Shown: positions 47,705 to 58,924 of the stretch, in pieces
How the letters are laid out: the number at the start of each line of letters is the position of its first letter
Position numbering within the stretch: position 1 is the first letter of the stretch
Source: Myxococcota bacterium
GTDB lineage: Bacteria > Myxococcota_A > SURF-8
Assembly (NCBI GenBank): GCA_965140415.1
Contig: OZ223209.1
Span: 2,752,001-2,816,000 of the forward strand
Direction of reading: 5' to 3'
Length of the DNA: 64,000 nt
Translations under genes and position numbers: made by a program
Notes under the pieces: generated by a model
The model's database searches: none
What the model saw: the letters and a program-made list of their open reading frames with translations, nothing else
Told to the model about the DNA's origin: nothing

Positions 47705-49645
47705 ATGCTGAACGTTCGACGAGTAATTCTGAAGCTGATGTTTTTGCTGTTGCTTTCGCTGATGGTGGCATGTGCATCCGGTGGTCAGCCAAAAGCGGAC
47801 ACACCGACTAAAACAGAAGAATCGAAAGAAGCAGGTTCGGCTGCGCTGGATATTGAAGCCTATATGAGCATCTTGTCCGTGTCCAACCCGGAGGTATCCC
47901 CGGATGGCTGGATTTATTACAAAACCTGGTCCACCGGAGTGGATCAGATCTATCGGGTGCGTGAGAAACAAACGGAAACCGTGACGGATGAAACGCTGTT
48001 CCCGGAAGGCGTGGATTTCTTTTCCCTTTCGCCGGATGGTAACTATCTGGTAATCGGTGCGGATGAGGGCGGAAACGAACAGTTCAGTCTTTACCTGATG
48101 AAAACAGCGTCGCCGGGCGAGGGTGTACAGGCGGTAGCCGTCAACCCGGAAGAGCGCGTCGACGGTGCGCTCTGGTCCTCCGATTCCACGTTTTTCGTAT
48201 TTCGTGCCAATGGGCGTAACGGCAAGGATTTCGATGTCTGCCGGGTGGATGTGGCTACCAAAAAACGTTCGACTCTGTTTGAGCGTGAAGGCTACACCTG
48301 GATTCACGATGTTTCGCCGGATGGGAACTCGGTTCTATTCGCACGCTATTGGGGAGGAAATCTCGCGGATTTGTATCTGGGAGATGTGACGAGCGGCCAG
48401 GTTCGACAACTAACGGAAAAGGAGCGTACGAGCGGGTCCTATGATTCGGCCCGCTTTCTCAAAGATGGTCAGTCGATCATTGCAACCACCGACGATGGCT
48501 TTGAGCGCAGTGTGATCGTTCGTATGAATTTGGCGACAGGCGAGCGCAAGAAGATCAGCCAGGTGAACTGGGATATCGAATCGTTATCGCTTTCACCTGC
48601 ACGGGATCTGGCGGCTTATGTGTATAACGAACATGGTGCCAGCCGCCTGGTGTTGGCTAAACCGGAAGATCTAACTGAGATACGCAAGCCTGAATTGGGG
48701 TTGGGTTTGATTTCCGGCATCAGTTTCGGCAACGGTTTTATCGTGTGTGCCTATTCCAATCCGACTCAGACCGTGGATTTGTGGCGCATCGATTTGAATG
48801 ATGGGGCGATATCGCAAGTTACATTTTCCGATTACGCAGGGGTGGATCGTTCGCGCTTTGTCATGCCCGAACTGGTACATTACCCAACCTTTGATGGACG
48901 TTCGATTCCTGCATTCCTGTACCGTCCGAAAGGCTATGAGAATCAGCCTGCTCCCTACGTCATTTATGCGCACGGTGGCCCGGAATCACAGTTTCGTCCG
49001 CAATTCATCCGTAGTTTCCAGTTCATGTTGGAGCGAGGCATCGGTGTGCTGGCTCCCAATGTCCGGGGATCGTCTGGATACGGTCCGGCATATCTGGAGT
49101 TGGATAACTACAAGAAACGCATGGACTCCATCACGGATTTTGAATATGCCGCGCGTTATCTGATCGATAACAAAATCGCCGATCCCAAACGCTTGGGAAT
49201 TCGGGGAGGCAGTTATGGCGGCTATGTGGTCATGGCGAGTATCACGGAATATCCCGAACGCTATGCAGCGGCGATCAATTCTGTTGGAATCGTGAATTTC
49301 CTGACCTATTTCCAGCGAACGAAAAAATACAGGCGAGCCGTGCGCGAGAAGGAATACGGCCCGATGAGCGATGAGGATTTCCTGCGCTCCATCTCGCCGA
49401 TTTTTAAAATCGACCGCGTAATGACGCCTCTGATGATCGTTCATGGTGAAAACGATCCGCGCGTACCGGTTCAGGAAGCCAGGCAGATTATCGAGGCCTT
49501 GACCGCGCGTAACCAAGTGGTTGAGCCTGTGATTTTCCCCGATGAAGGTCATGGCGTTCAGAAACTGGAAAATCGTTTGGAGCTATACCGACAGATGGAT
49601 GCATTCCTGCTTCGGTATCTGAAACCGGATGAGGTTTCCGAATAG
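47705..49645 (+). CDS. S9 prolyl oligopeptidase family lipoprotein
   Basis: Lipobox MVAC; HGGP, GGSYGG, HGENDPRVP, DEGHG. Confidence 0.93.
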   Translation: MLNVRRVILKLMFLLLLSLMVACASGGQPKADTPTKTEESKEAGSAALDIEAYMSILSVSNPEVSPDGWIYYKTWSTGVDQIYRVREKQTETVTDETLFPEGVDFFSLSPDGNYLVIGADEGGNEQFSLYLMKTASPGEGVQAVAVNPEERVDGALWSSDSTFFVFRANGRNGKDFDVCRVDVATKKRSTLFEREGYTWIHDVSPDGNSVLFARYWGGNLADLYLGDVTSGQVRQLTEKERTSGSYDSARFLKDGQSIIATTDDGFERSVIVRMNLATGERKKISQVNWDIESLSLSPARDLAAYVYNEHGASRLVLAKPEDLTEIRKPELGLGLISGISFGNGFIVCAYSNPTQTVDLWRIDLNDGAISQVTFSDYAGVDRSRFVMPELVHYPTFDGRSIPAFLYRPKGYENQPAPYVIYAHGGPESQFRPQFIRSFQFMLERGIGVLAPNVRGSSGYGPAYLELDNYKKRMDSITDFEYAARYLIDNKIADPKRLGIRGGSYGGYVVMASITEYPERYAAAINSVGIVNFLTYFQRTKKYRRAVREKEYGPMSDEDFLRSISPIFKIDRVMTPLMIVHGENDPRVPVQEARQIIEALTARNQVVEPVIFPDEGHGVQKLENRLELYRQMDAFLLRYLKPDEVSE

Positions 49646-51344
49646 AGTGATACGAACGGGAGGTTCAGTGTCAAAACCAGGGCGACAGCATGTAAATCTC
49701 TTTTCGGGGGTGGAGCGGAGAGTTTCATCGCATCGGAGAATACTCTTCCAGAGTAGAGCTAAAAGAGTGTTGTTTTTCTTCGTGCTGGGAATGTGGTGTT
49801 TCGTGCTGCCTTGTGCTGCTTCGGAATATGAGAGCGAGCGCTATCACGAATCGATAAAGAGTTTGGATCGAACTGCGGGGGAGATCGCACTTGGCGACAA
49901 AATCCGCCACCGATTTGGACTGGCAGGCAAAAGGCCTCCTAGCTACGACTCCGGGGTGACACTGGCGGCGAAATTGGAAGCGGAGATGCTTTCTGACTCT
50001 GCCAATGATGACAAAACGCCGGAAAGCGAGAACCTGGAGCATATTCGAGAGCGATTGCGTCAGGCGGGAATTTCCGACTATCACGTAACCGGAGCAAAGG
50101 CGATACAGCCCACGACGAGTCTTGTCGTGGAATCGCTGTTGCGTTGGGTGGATGCGCAGAGACAGGACAATTGGAACCGGTTCGGTGTCGCTTTGGTGGG
50201 ATACGGTGAGCGCGTACTTGGCATCGTGTTTTTAACGGAACGGCAAGTGCGTGTGAATTCGATGGCGCGTCAATTGGCTAAGCCGGGAAATATCACAGTT
50301 GAAGGACAGGTGCTGCAACCGGTCAAGGATTTACAGGTTTATCTCGAATTGCCTACAGGCCGAGTAACACAACAACGTCCCATGCGATTGGCTTCCGGGG
50401 CATTTAGCCAGCTACTGAAGTTCAAGAAGGATGGCAGCTATCGGGTGCAGATCGTGATCGATCGTGGGCAAGGTCCGCAGGTCGCATCCTTAATGGATAT
50501 TTCGGTCGGCAATGCGCCGCATCGTGCAAAAGTTCCAACCTTTGGAGCGGCGGATGATGCTCCACTCGATGTCATTCAGCGACAGATGCTTGAATGGATC
50601 AATTTGATAAGAAGGGGTTATGTGCTTGCACCACTGCGACATAGTGAGCGGTTGTCCACGATTATTCAGAGTAAAGTGAATGCCACCAATGGAAGCGAGC
50701 CGTTGCGGCATCGAGGGAAAAATGGCCAGGGACCGGGTGAGTTGCTTCAGGATGCGGGAATCGATACGGAAGCGTATGGCGAGAATCTGGGGCGGAATCG
50801 GAAGCTTTCAAGTTTGATGCGCGAGTTGATACAAAGCCCGGCCCATCGGCAGAATTTGCTTGCTTCGCACTATACACATGTGGGGATTGGCCTTCGTAAA
50901 ATTCAAGACACCGGGATCTGGACGGTTGGCCAACTGTTTGCTCGTCTGCCGGTAAGTCCGATCTACAAAACGGGGCGTGTGTTGAACCTACAGCCGGAGT
51001 TCTGGCAGGATATCCACAAGGAGAGGTTTCGTCGCAAGCTTCCCGCTCTGTCCGTCAGTCGTACACTGATGAATCAAGCGAAGGAACTGGTACGTAGTCA
51101 GGGCAGGGGAGGACGTATCAACAGTATCCGTTTGCGTGAAATGGCTGAACGAAAAATCAGCTCTGCTCCCAACCAGTTGGCACAGATGGTGGTGGTGCTT
51201 CCTGTTGCTTCATTGGACGAATTGAAACACTTCGCCGGATTCGTACAGGCACGATGGAAACTGGCGGGTGTATCGCTGATTCAGACAAAGCCGAAAGGAT
51301 TATTGGCGTTAATCGTATTGGGTGAGCAATACGATAGCAAATAG
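49629..51344 (+). CDS. CAP/SCP domain protein; true start probably downstream
   Basis: WINLIRR, GENL, SPAHRQNLL..YTHVGIG. Confidence 0.75.
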   Translation: MRFPNRVIRTGGSVSKPGRQHVNLFSGVERRVSSHRRILFQSRAKRVLFFFVLGMWCFVLPCAASEYESERYHESIKSLDRTAGEIALGDKIRHRFGLAGKRPPSYDSGVTLAAKLEAEMLSDSANDDKTPESENLEHIRERLRQAGISDYHVTGAKAIQPTTSLVVESLLRWVDAQRQDNWNRFGVALVGYGERVLGIVFLTERQVRVNSMARQLAKPGNITVEGQVLQPVKDLQVYLELPTGRVTQQRPMRLASGAFSQLLKFKKDGSYRVQIVIDRGQGPQVASLMDISVGNAPHRAKVPTFGAADDAPLDVIQRQMLEWINLIRRGYVLAPLRHSERLSTIIQSKVNATNGSEPLRHRGKNGQGPGELLQDAGIDTEAYGENLGRNRKLSSLMRELIQSPAHRQNLLASHYTHVGIGLRKIQDTGIWTVGQLFARLPVSPIYKTGRVLNLQPEFWQDIHKERFRRKLPALSVSRTLMNQAKELVRSQGRGGRINSIRLREMAERKISSAPNQLAQMVVVLPVASLDELKHFAGFVQARWKLAGVSLIQTKPKGLLALIVLGEQYDSK

Positions 51345-51351
51345 GCTGCTG

Positions 51352-52404
51352 CTACCAGCGCGCCTCGTGATCTTCCACGACGCCGGGGACATCTTCCAGC
51401 CGCAGGCTGGGGCCATCGGGGATATTGAGATTTCCGCTGAACGTCCCGATCGGTTGATGAAAACAACTGACAATCAACCCGGTATTCAAGGTTTCCGAAC
51501 GTTCTCCACGCGGATTGAATTGCACATCTACCACACCATCGTCGGTTTGTACACGCCAGGGAGACAGAATCGCCCTCTTATTGTAGGTGAATGTCGCATG
51601 CCCGACCGGGTAGCGTTTGCCGTCCACCCAGATTGCATTTTCAGTGAAGGTCGGATGATGATCCGGCTGCACCAGGTTCAGCCCGATGCGAGACCCTTCT
51701 TTGCTGGTGCCACCAAAGCAGGCCCAGCGCCATTCCCAGTGATAGTCGTGATATCCGGCGGTATGATCCACCGCGCCGAAGGAATAGCCTTTGGGGAGAT
51801 CGTATTGAGTATCGCCGAGTTGAATGCGACCGCTTACCGGCAATCCGGCCAGTTTGTGCGTAAAGGCAAAGGAACCCTTCGGGGTTGGCGTAATCACCTG
51901 ATGAGGAACGGTTTTCGACGGATTTTCTTCGATCTCGGCAGTGATGCGTAACGGTCCCTGCCTGGTCGTTACATCGACATCTACCCGTTCGATATCGCCC
52001 TGGGTGCCATATTCCATGGACACACGGTTATTGCCTTGTAAAAACGTGGCATGACCCTGAGAGGCGTGATCGCTGATCGATACGCCACGCGCCAGCGGAC
52101 TCATTCCTTTGAACTCGACCAGCCGGTGAGTTGTCATATCGAAGACATAAGCAAAAGTCGTCCCAATGTATCCCGTGTCGACAACAGCGATTCCACACAT
52201 CACCGAAGGCGAAAACAGACCGACGAAGCGCCAGCGTTTTTCACGATAGCGGCGCATGAACGAAGCGAAGGAGGGCAGGTGTTTATTCAGCGCTTCCGGT
52301 GCAATCTTGGAAAGAGGATATTCAGACAAGGTCAGGTCTTGAATTTCACCCGCGTACAGTCCGTATGCAACATCGCCGGAATCTGCAAATAGATCAGAAG
52401 CCAT
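51352..52404 (-). CDS. DUF2804-like protein
   Basis: KRWRF, DHTAGYH..W.WA, ENAIWVDG, F.QP.G.FSG, GVVEDHEARW. Confidence 0.8.
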   Translation of the reverse strand: MASDLFADSGDVAYGLYAGEIQDLTLSEYPLSKIAPEALNKHLPSFASFMRRYREKRWRFVGLFSPSVMCGIAVVDTGYIGTTFAYVFDMTTHRLVEFKGMSPLARGVSISDHASQGHATFLQGNNRVSMEYGTQGDIERVDVDVTTRQGPLRITAEIEENPSKTVPHQVITPTPKGSFAFTHKLAGLPVSGRIQLGDTQYDLPKGYSFGAVDHTAGYHDYHWEWRWACFGGTSKEGSRIGLNLVQPDHHPTFTENAIWVDGKRYPVGHATFTYNKRAILSPWRVQTDDGVVDVQFNPRGERSETLNTGLIVSCFHQPIGTFSGNLNIPDGPSLRLEDVPGVVEDHEARW

Positions 52405-52512
52405 CGGTCTATCCTTTTTTTGAAACTGGGGCAAGCGCGAAGAATGGCTTTATGCTTGTATCAGGAGGTCGTCCATTCCACGATCGATCCTTCTGAAGTG
52501 TAACTCATTACA

Positions 52513-53715
52513 CTAGGGATTGCGATACTCTTTATGGAAGGCGGCGATCTTTTCATAAGCCGAAACCAACGTCTCTTCCTGCGGCAGAAAGACCACACGG
52601 AAATGCGCGGTGCCGGGGCGTTGCCCGAATCCCGAACCGGGAACCGCAACCACGCCGGTGGATTTGATCAACTCGGAAACCCAGTGATTGTCATCTTTGA
52701 CACCATGAAGTTTCGGGAAGGCGTAAAACGCACCTTGTGGCGACACGCAACTGATTCCTTCTACTTCATTAAGCATCTTGGTCGTGATGTCACGACGTCT
52801 TCGGAGTTTTTCAAGAACTTCAGGCAAATGCGCCTGATCGCCTTGCAAGCAGGGTTTGACGGCATACTGGATCGGATGATTGGCGCATAGTCTGGAGCGC
52901 AGGATTTTGTTGATCGCTTCGATGTAGTCTCCCATAATCTCCTGCTGTCCACTTACGATGCCCCAGCCGATGCGCAGGCCGGGACCGAGATAAGATTTCG
53001 ACAAGCCGTTGAAGGTAATGCAACTGAGTTCCGAATCCAGGGAAGCCGTACTGATATGCTGCACGTCATCCAATAGCAGTTTGTCGTAAATTTCATCTGA
53101 GAACAGTACGAGATTGTATTTCTTCGCCAGCGCGATGACCTGTTGCAGCGTTTCTTTCGTGTATAACGCCCCGGTTGGATTGTTGGGATTGATCAGCACG
53201 ATAGCGCGGGTTTTATCGTTGATTTTGCTTTCCATGTCCGCGATATCCGGCTGCCAGCCATTTTCTTCATCCAGATAATAAGGATTTTCTTCCGCCTGTA
53301 ACTTGGCGATAACCGCCGTATACAGGGGATAACCGGGAGCGGGCGTCAGAATGTTTTCTCCGGGATTCAGTAGCGCAGTCAGGCAGATTTCAATCGCTTC
53401 ACTGGCTCCAGTCGTTACAAAAATATCCTGGATGTTTTCAATGCCTTTTCTCGCGGCTTCCTCGTGCACGGATTGTACCGCTTCGCTAATACCGGAGGAA
53501 GGTGAGTATCCGGCGTGGTTTTCCAACATGGCTTTATGGGTGGCTTCGATGACCGGCGCGGGGACCATGAAATCGTATACGTTCGGATCTCCGATGTTCA
53601 GGTACAACATCTCTTTGCCGGTTTTTGCAACCTGTTGTGCAAGTACAACGATATCACGCACGGCATAACGAATATCCTGGGTGCGTTTGGCGGGGCGAAT
53701 GGGAGTTAAGGTCAT
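52513..53715 (-). CDS. Class I/II PLP aminotransferase (AlaA-like)
   Basis: LNIGDP, NPNNPTG, SDEIYD, NGLSKSY..G.RIGW. Confidence 0.9.
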   Translation of the reverse strand: MTLTPIRPAKRTQDIRYAVRDIVVLAQQVAKTGKEMLYLNIGDPNVYDFMVPAPVIEATHKAMLENHAGYSPSSGISEAVQSVHEEAARKGIENIQDIFVTTGASEAIEICLTALLNPGENILTPAPGYPLYTAVIAKLQAEENPYYLDEENGWQPDIADMESKINDKTRAIVLINPNNPTGALYTKETLQQVIALAKKYNLVLFSDEIYDKLLLDDVQHISTASLDSELSCITFNGLSKSYLGPGLRIGWGIVSGQQEIMGDYIEAINKILRSRLCANHPIQYAVKPCLQGDQAHLPEVLEKLRRRRDITTKMLNEVEGISCVSPQGAFYAFPKLHGVKDDNHWVSELIKSTGVVAVPGSGFGQRPGTAHFRVVFLPQEETLVSAYEKIAAFHKEYRNP

Positions 53716-53933
53716 TGTAACCTCCTGTGTTCGTTATGTTTATCGACGCACCGGCACCGGGTGACATCGGTTGCGGATGGTAACGCGGAAGGGCGGGGCT
53801 GTCAATCAAGTTTCGAGAAGGGATTCGGATTATTACTGAAATCAATCGCGTCGTTATTTCCTTGAGGTGAGAAGGGGCATCTGCTATACAGGAGCATCTG
53901 TTATTAGACCTTAAAAGGACGTTTGACTGCCTC

Positions 53934-54509
53934 ATGAAACGACTTGCAACACTTTGCCTGTTTTTCATCCTCCTGCTGATGGCTCCTGCCGTATTCGCTC
54001 AGGATTATTCCTACCTCGACGACGAAGAAGAGGATCACTGGATGTTTTCCCTTTCTCCCGGCTACGGTTTGCTCTACGTCAGTGGGGAAGAGGATATTCG
54101 ACATGGGTTCGGTAGCAGTATCGAAGGAAATTATGAAGTCGCTCCGGGCTGGCGCGTGGGATTGAAAGCAAAGCTTGGAATCTACGATGGAGATAAAGAT
54201 CAAGACCAGGGAATCTATACGCAAGTCGCCTTGTTGGGAGGCGCGCGCTACACTTTTCTACGGGACTGGGTACAGCCGTATGTGTTTGTCGATCTGGGGT
54301 GGGTGCGCACGGAACTGGATAGGGAAACCGATACGATACTGACCAGTCATTCCATGCAGATCGAGGGTGGCCTGGGAGTCAGCTTCCGCATTCTGAAAAG
54401 CTTTTATTTGGGGTTGGAAGCCGCCGTGGGACCGCAGCTTTTCGGCCACGACGATATCCACGGCAGCTTCTATTTCCACGGACTGCTCTGTTTCGAGCTT
54501 CGAGTCTAA
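53934..54509 (+). CDS. Outer-membrane beta-barrel protein
   Basis: Signal peptide, alternating beta strands, QPYVFVDLG. Confidence 0.7.
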   Translation: MKRLATLCLFFILLLMAPAVFAQDYSYLDDEEEDHWMFSLSPGYGLLYVSGEEDIRHGFGSSIEGNYEVAPGWRVGLKAKLGIYDGDKDQDQGIYTQVALLGGARYTFLRDWVQPYVFVDLGWVRTELDRETDTILTSHSMQIEGGLGVSFRILKSFYLGLEAAVGPQLFGHDDIHGSFYFHGLLCFELRV

Positions 54510-54524
54510 CCTGTTAAAAACCTA

Positions 54525-55238
54525 TTATTTTCCTACGGTTGTGCCAATGGCCTTACCCAGCAGGGCCTGTTGGATGTTTCCCGCCTTCAGTTGACTGAAT
54601 ACCCGGATCGGCAGGTTGTTGTCACGGCAGAGTGAAAAAGCGGTCTGATCCATTACCCGCAATGACTTTGCCAGCGCTTCGTCAAATGACACGCTGTCGT
54701 ACAGTTCCGCATCATCGAATTTTGCAGGGTCTTTGGAGTAGACACCATCGACTTTCGTCGCTTTCAATAGTTCATCGCAATGCAGTTCCACCGCACGCAG
54801 CGCCGCTGCCGTATCCGTCGTGAAGTAGGGATTTCCAGAGCCACCGGCCAGAATGACGACTTCCCCACGATTCATCGCCTGTTCGGCTGCCGGTTGAGCG
54901 TAACCGGGAACGACGTGTCCGACCGCGAAGGCGGAGAACACGCAGGCAGGCTGTCCAACGGACAAAAGCGCGGATTCCATCGCCAGACCGTTGATTACGG
55001 TCGCCAGCATACCCATGTAGTCGCCTTTGTAGCGATCCATGCCCAGAGATTGCCCGATGGAACCACGGAAGATGTTGCCACCCCCGACCACGATTCCGAT
55101 TTGTACTCCGGCGCTAGCTGCCGCTTTGATTTCCGTTGCCAATTCTTTTGTAAATGAGGCGTCGATCACTGCGCCTTTTCCGGAAGGACACAACGCCTCC
55201 CCGGACATTTTAAGCAGTACTCGTCTGGTTTCGCTCAT
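54525..55238 (-). CDS. pyrH: UMP kinase
   Basis: RVLLKMSGEAL, GGGNIFRG, DYMGMLAT, PYFTTDTAAALRA. Confidence 0.96.
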   Translation of the reverse strand: MSETRRVLLKMSGEALCPSGKGAVIDASFTKELATEIKAAASAGVQIGIVVGGGNIFRGSIGQSLGMDRYKGDYMGMLATVINGLAMESALLSVGQPACVFSAFAVGHVVPGYAQPAAEQAMNRGEVVILAGGSGNPYFTTDTAAALRAVELHCDELLKATKVDGVYSKDPAKFDDAELYDSVSFDEALAKSLRVMDQTAFSLCRDNNLPIRVFSQLKAGNIQQALLGKAIGTTVGK

Positions 55239-55340
55239 GTTTCGCTCCTTGGTTGTAAAGGATGTCATGTTTTTCCGGTTATATGCTCAGATTATATCCG
55301 GTTTTGTCGTTCACGTCAGTATGTTGCTAATAAATCCCAG

Positions 55341-55375
55341 AAAAACGCCCCTGGCCGGTTCGGCTCAGGGGCGTT
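55341..55375 (-). terminator. Intrinsic terminator after tsf
   Basis: AACGCCCCTG/CAGGGGCGTT stem with a T-run on the minus strand. Confidence 0.7.
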
Positions 55376-55406
55376 GAAAAATCAGTCATCGCTTGTTTAT
55401 CGTATC

Positions 55407-56363
55407 TTATTTTCCGTCCAGTTGAGCGGCGACTTCGGCGGCCAGGTCGTTGGAACGTTTTTCCAGTCCTTCACCTACCTGCCAACGAGTGAAGCGGCGA
55501 ATGCTCAACTCTTTGCCGATTTCTTTGCCAACGGCTGCCAGGGCTTTGCTAACCGTCAGACTGGTGTCATGTACCCAGATCTGCTCGAGCAGGACGTTGT
55601 CTTTGAAGTACTTATTCATTTTGCCGTCCACAATGCGGTCGGCCAATTCCGCCGGTTTGCCGGATTCGATAACCTGCGTTTTGTAAATCTCGCGTTCGCG
55701 GGCTAACAGGTCTTCCGGAACTTCTTCACGAGTTACGCAAATAGGATTGCTGGCCGTGGCGTGCATAGACAGCATTTTGGCGAAATTCTGAACCGGTTCC
55801 AGCTGTGCCGCATCCGCTGAACAACCCAGTTCGACCAGCACTCCCAGTTTGCCACCCATATGGATGTAGGAGTTGAACAGACCTTCGCCGTCCAGTTCCC
55901 AACGGACGAAGCGACGAGGGCTGATGTTTTCGCCGATGTTCGCTACGAGATTGTTCACGACATCGTTCACGCTCAGGTTCTCATCTGCGATCCACTTCTG
56001 ATCGTAAAGGGCATCCGCGCCTTCTTCTGCCTTGATGACCTTGGGCGCCTTGGCGGCGATGTGCATGCGAAGGTTTTCCACAAAAGCCTGGAAGTCGGGG
56101 TTACGGGCGACGAAATCGGTTTCGCAGTTAACTTCCACGATCACGCCCGTTTTGCCATCATCACTAATATAGGAGGCAACCGCGCCTTCACTGGTGATGC
56201 GTCCGGCTTTTTTCGCCGCTGCGCTCAAACCTTTTTTACGCAGGAAATCAATTGCAGCCTGCATATCACCGTCGGACTCGACGAGTGCTTTTTTACAATC
56301 CATCATACCCGCGCCGGTTTTCTCGCGCAGCTCCTTAACCATCAATGCCGTTACGTTGGCCAT
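55407..56363 (-). CDS. tsf: Elongation factor Ts
   Basis: VKELREKTGAGMMDCKKAL, EVNCETDFVA. Confidence 0.97.
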   Translation of the reverse strand: MANVTALMVKELREKTGAGMMDCKKALVESDGDMQAAIDFLRKKGLSAAAKKAGRITSEGAVASYISDDGKTGVIVEVNCETDFVARNPDFQAFVENLRMHIAAKAPKVIKAEEGADALYDQKWIADENLSVNDVVNNLVANIGENISPRRFVRWELDGEGLFNSYIHMGGKLGVLVELGCSADAAQLEPVQNFAKMLSMHATASNPICVTREEVPEDLLAREREIYKTQVIESGKPAELADRIVDGKMNKYFKDNVLLEQIWVHDTSLTVSKALAAVGKEIGKELSIRRFTRWQVGEGLEKRSNDLAAEVAAQLDGK

Positions 56364-56439
56364 TGTCTTACCTCTCTTGGTCTATAGCTCAACTCATACT
56401 TTAAATGAGTTGCGGTCAGTTATGAAAAAAACAAGCTTA

Positions 56440-57312
56440 TTATTCGGCTGCGGAATCTTCTTTAGAATCCGACGGTGCAGCTTCCGCCTCGGCTTTTTCA
56501 GCGGTGGCGTCAGCCTCGGTCTCCTTGCGCGGAGCAACCTTCTTCACAGCAACTTTCTTGCCGCCGATATCACGCTTCTCTTCGCTGATCGAACCGTCCT
56601 TCGCCTTGGCCGGAGAGGTGTCCTTTTGCAGAGCCTGGCCTTCCAAACAGGCGTCGGCCACTTTGCGGGAGAACAGGCGAATCGCGCGAATGGCGTCGTC
56701 GTTGCCCGGAATCACGTAATCCACACCATCGGGATTGCAGTTGGTATCGCAAACCGCGATAACCGGGATACCCAGGGTGTTGGCTTCGTGAACGGCGATT
56801 CTTTCCTTGACCGGATCGATGACGAACATCACGCCGGGAAGGCGACCCATTTTGCGGATACCGGACAAGTTCTTGGACAACTTCTGGCGAAGCTTGTCCT
56901 TCATCATTGCTTCTTTTTTCGTACGAACCGGGTAGTTGCCGTCTTCGAACATCTTTTCCAGTTCGTTCAGGTTGTCGATGGAAATGCGGATGGTGCGGAA
57001 GTTGGTCATCGTACCGCCCAACCAGCGGTTGTTGACGAAAAACATTCCGGCGCGTTCGGATTCCTGCTTGACCACGTCCGCCGCCTGGCGTTTGGTTCCC
57101 ACGAACAGCACGGATTCGCCATCGGCAACGCGATCGACGATGAACTGATACGCTTCGCGGAACATACGCACGGTCTGCTGCAAGTCGATGATATGCACAC
57201 CATTGCGAGCGCCGAAAATGTAAGGTTTCATTTTCGGGTTCCAACGCGCCGTCTGGTGACCAAAATGGACACCGGCTTCCAACAATTCTTTCATTGTGAT
57301 AGGTCCAGGCAT
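56440..57312 (-). CDS. rpsB: 30S ribosomal protein S2
   Basis: [37 protein letters not shown]. Confidence 0.98.
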   Translation of the reverse strand: MPGPITMKELLEAGVHFGHQTARWNPKMKPYIFGARNGVHIIDLQQTVRMFREAYQFIVDRVADGESVLFVGTKRQAADVVKQESERAGMFFVNNRWLGGTMTNFRTIRISIDNLNELEKMFEDGNYPVRTKKEAMMKDKLRQKLSKNLSGIRKMGRLPGVMFVIDPVKERIAVHEANTLGIPVIAVCDTNCNPDGVDYVIPGNDDAIRAIRLFSRKVADACLEGQALQKDTSPAKAKDGSISEEKRDIGGKKVAVKKVAPRKETEADATAEKAEAEAAPSDSKEDSAAE

Positions 57313-57410
57313 GATCGATCCTTTCGTGTTATGCCTCCACCTTCGTCAAGTGATTATTGCCACCGGATGACCGGCACACAGGCAAGCTCATCGGAAGGTG
57401 TGTGAAATAC
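57313..57410 (-). promoter_or_regulatory. Probable rpsB leader (S2 autoregulatory RNA)
   Basis: Minus strand reads CACACACCTTC...GAAGGTGGAGGC ahead of rpsB, resembling the known S2 leader layout. Confidence 0.55.
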
Positions 57411-57513
57411 GTCGGTTAGGACAATCCCAACCGTCCGGGGCGCTATGTCTAGCAGACATGCCTTAAAATTGCAAGCAATTTCTTTATATAGTAGAAAACC
57501 AATCCTTCGGAAA

Positions 57514-58884
57514 TCAGGGCTGTTTTATCCAAACGGATTTCACGTTGACGAACTCCCGGATGCCTTCTTCCGATAGCTCTCTGCCATAACCCGAAAGCTT
57601 GATGCCACCAAAGGGCAGGCGAGGGTCGGATTTGACCATCCCATTGACGAAGACCGCTCCCGAATCGATGCGCCGTGCGTAGTCATCTGCGAGTTCCATA
57701 TTGCCGGTCCAGATTGAACCGCCAAGGCCAAGCGGCGATTCGTTGGCGATGCGAATCGCCTCATCGGCACTTTTGGCAGCGATCACCGGAGCCACCGGTC
57801 CGAAGGTCTCTTCATCCGCAACGTTCATTCCGGGGCGAACACCCGTCAGCATTGTAACCGGGTAATATGCTCCCGGGCCTTCCGGGATTTCTCCTCCCAT
57901 AACCAACTTGGCTCCACTGGCAACGGAAGCCGTCACCTGCTCGTGCAATTCGGCGCGCAGGTCGGTCCGCGCCATCGGTCCGATATCGGAATTTGAGTCC
58001 ATCGGGTCGCCCATGTTCAATTTGGATAAGTTCTCTTTGAATCGTTGTGCAAAGGAATCCAAAACGGGTTGTTCCACGATAAAGCGTTTTGCGGCAATGC
58101 AACTTTGACCGCCGTTGATAAGGCGGGCATCGGCGGCAACCTTGGCTGCCTGTTCGATATTGGCATCGGAAAGGACGATAAACGGATCGCTGCCTCCCAA
58201 TTCAAGAACGGTCTTTTTAAGGACCGACCCAGCCGTTGCCGCAACTTTGCGACCCGCGATTTCACTACCGGTCAATGTCACCGCCATCACGCGCGAATCC
58301 CGGATGACCTGTTCCGTCGTTCGGGCGGAAATCAGCAGCGTTTGGAAGGCACCTTCAGGGAAGCCCGCCTCAAGAAATATTTCCTCGATGGCAAGGGCGC
58401 TCATCGGTACGTTGGAGGCATGTTTAAGTAGACCGACGTTTCCTGCCATCAGCGCTGGGGCCGCGAATCGGATAACCTGCCAGAAGGGGAAGTTCCAGGG
58501 CATAATGGCAAGAACCGGTCCCAGTGGGTCGTAACGAACGTAGCTTTTATCGGCATCGGTTTCTTCCGTGCGATTTGATAGAAAGCGTTCCGCTTGTTCC
58601 GCATAAAAATCACAAACCCAGGCGCATTTTTCCACTTCGGCAAGCGACTGCTTGATGGGCTTGCCCATTTCCTGCGTGATGATTTCGCCATATTTGGCTG
58701 CATTTGATCGAAGTACTTTGGCTGAATTCGTCATGAGTTCCGAACGTTTGGCAAAGGGAATTTCTTTCCACTCTGAAAAAGTTTGCGATGCCTGTTGCAG
58801 TCGGGCTTCGATTCCATTTGCATCGGTTTCTTCAAACCGCTTGATTTCTTCTCCAGTTGCAGGATTTATACTGGCTATCGCCAT
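57514..58884 (-). CDS. NAD(P)-dependent succinate-semialdehyde dehydrogenase
   Basis: IMPWNFPFWQ, LKHASN, LELGGSDP, GQSCIAAKR, EETFGP, PFGGIKLSGYGRE. Confidence 0.92.
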   Translation of the reverse strand: MAIASINPATGEEIKRFEETDANGIEARLQQASQTFSEWKEIPFAKRSELMTNSAKVLRSNAAKYGEIITQEMGKPIKQSLAEVEKCAWVCDFYAEQAERFLSNRTEETDADKSYVRYDPLGPVLAIMPWNFPFWQVIRFAAPALMAGNVGLLKHASNVPMSALAIEEIFLEAGFPEGAFQTLLISARTTEQVIRDSRVMAVTLTGSEIAGRKVAATAGSVLKKTVLELGGSDPFIVLSDANIEQAAKVAADARLINGGQSCIAAKRFIVEQPVLDSFAQRFKENLSKLNMGDPMDSNSDIGPMARTDLRAELHEQVTASVASGAKLVMGGEIPEGPGAYYPVTMLTGVRPGMNVADEETFGPVAPVIAAKSADEAIRIANESPLGLGGSIWTGNMELADDYARRIDSGAVFVNGMVKSDPRLPFGGIKLSGYGRELSEEGIREFVNVKSVWIKQP

Positions 58885-58924
58885 GATAGATTCCTTTCTT
58901 GTTTTGTAGGTTCGTGACCCTCTG

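Noticed and set aside
56194-57405. 403-aa plus-strand ORF
   Set aside because: Antisense shadow of rpsB/tsf.
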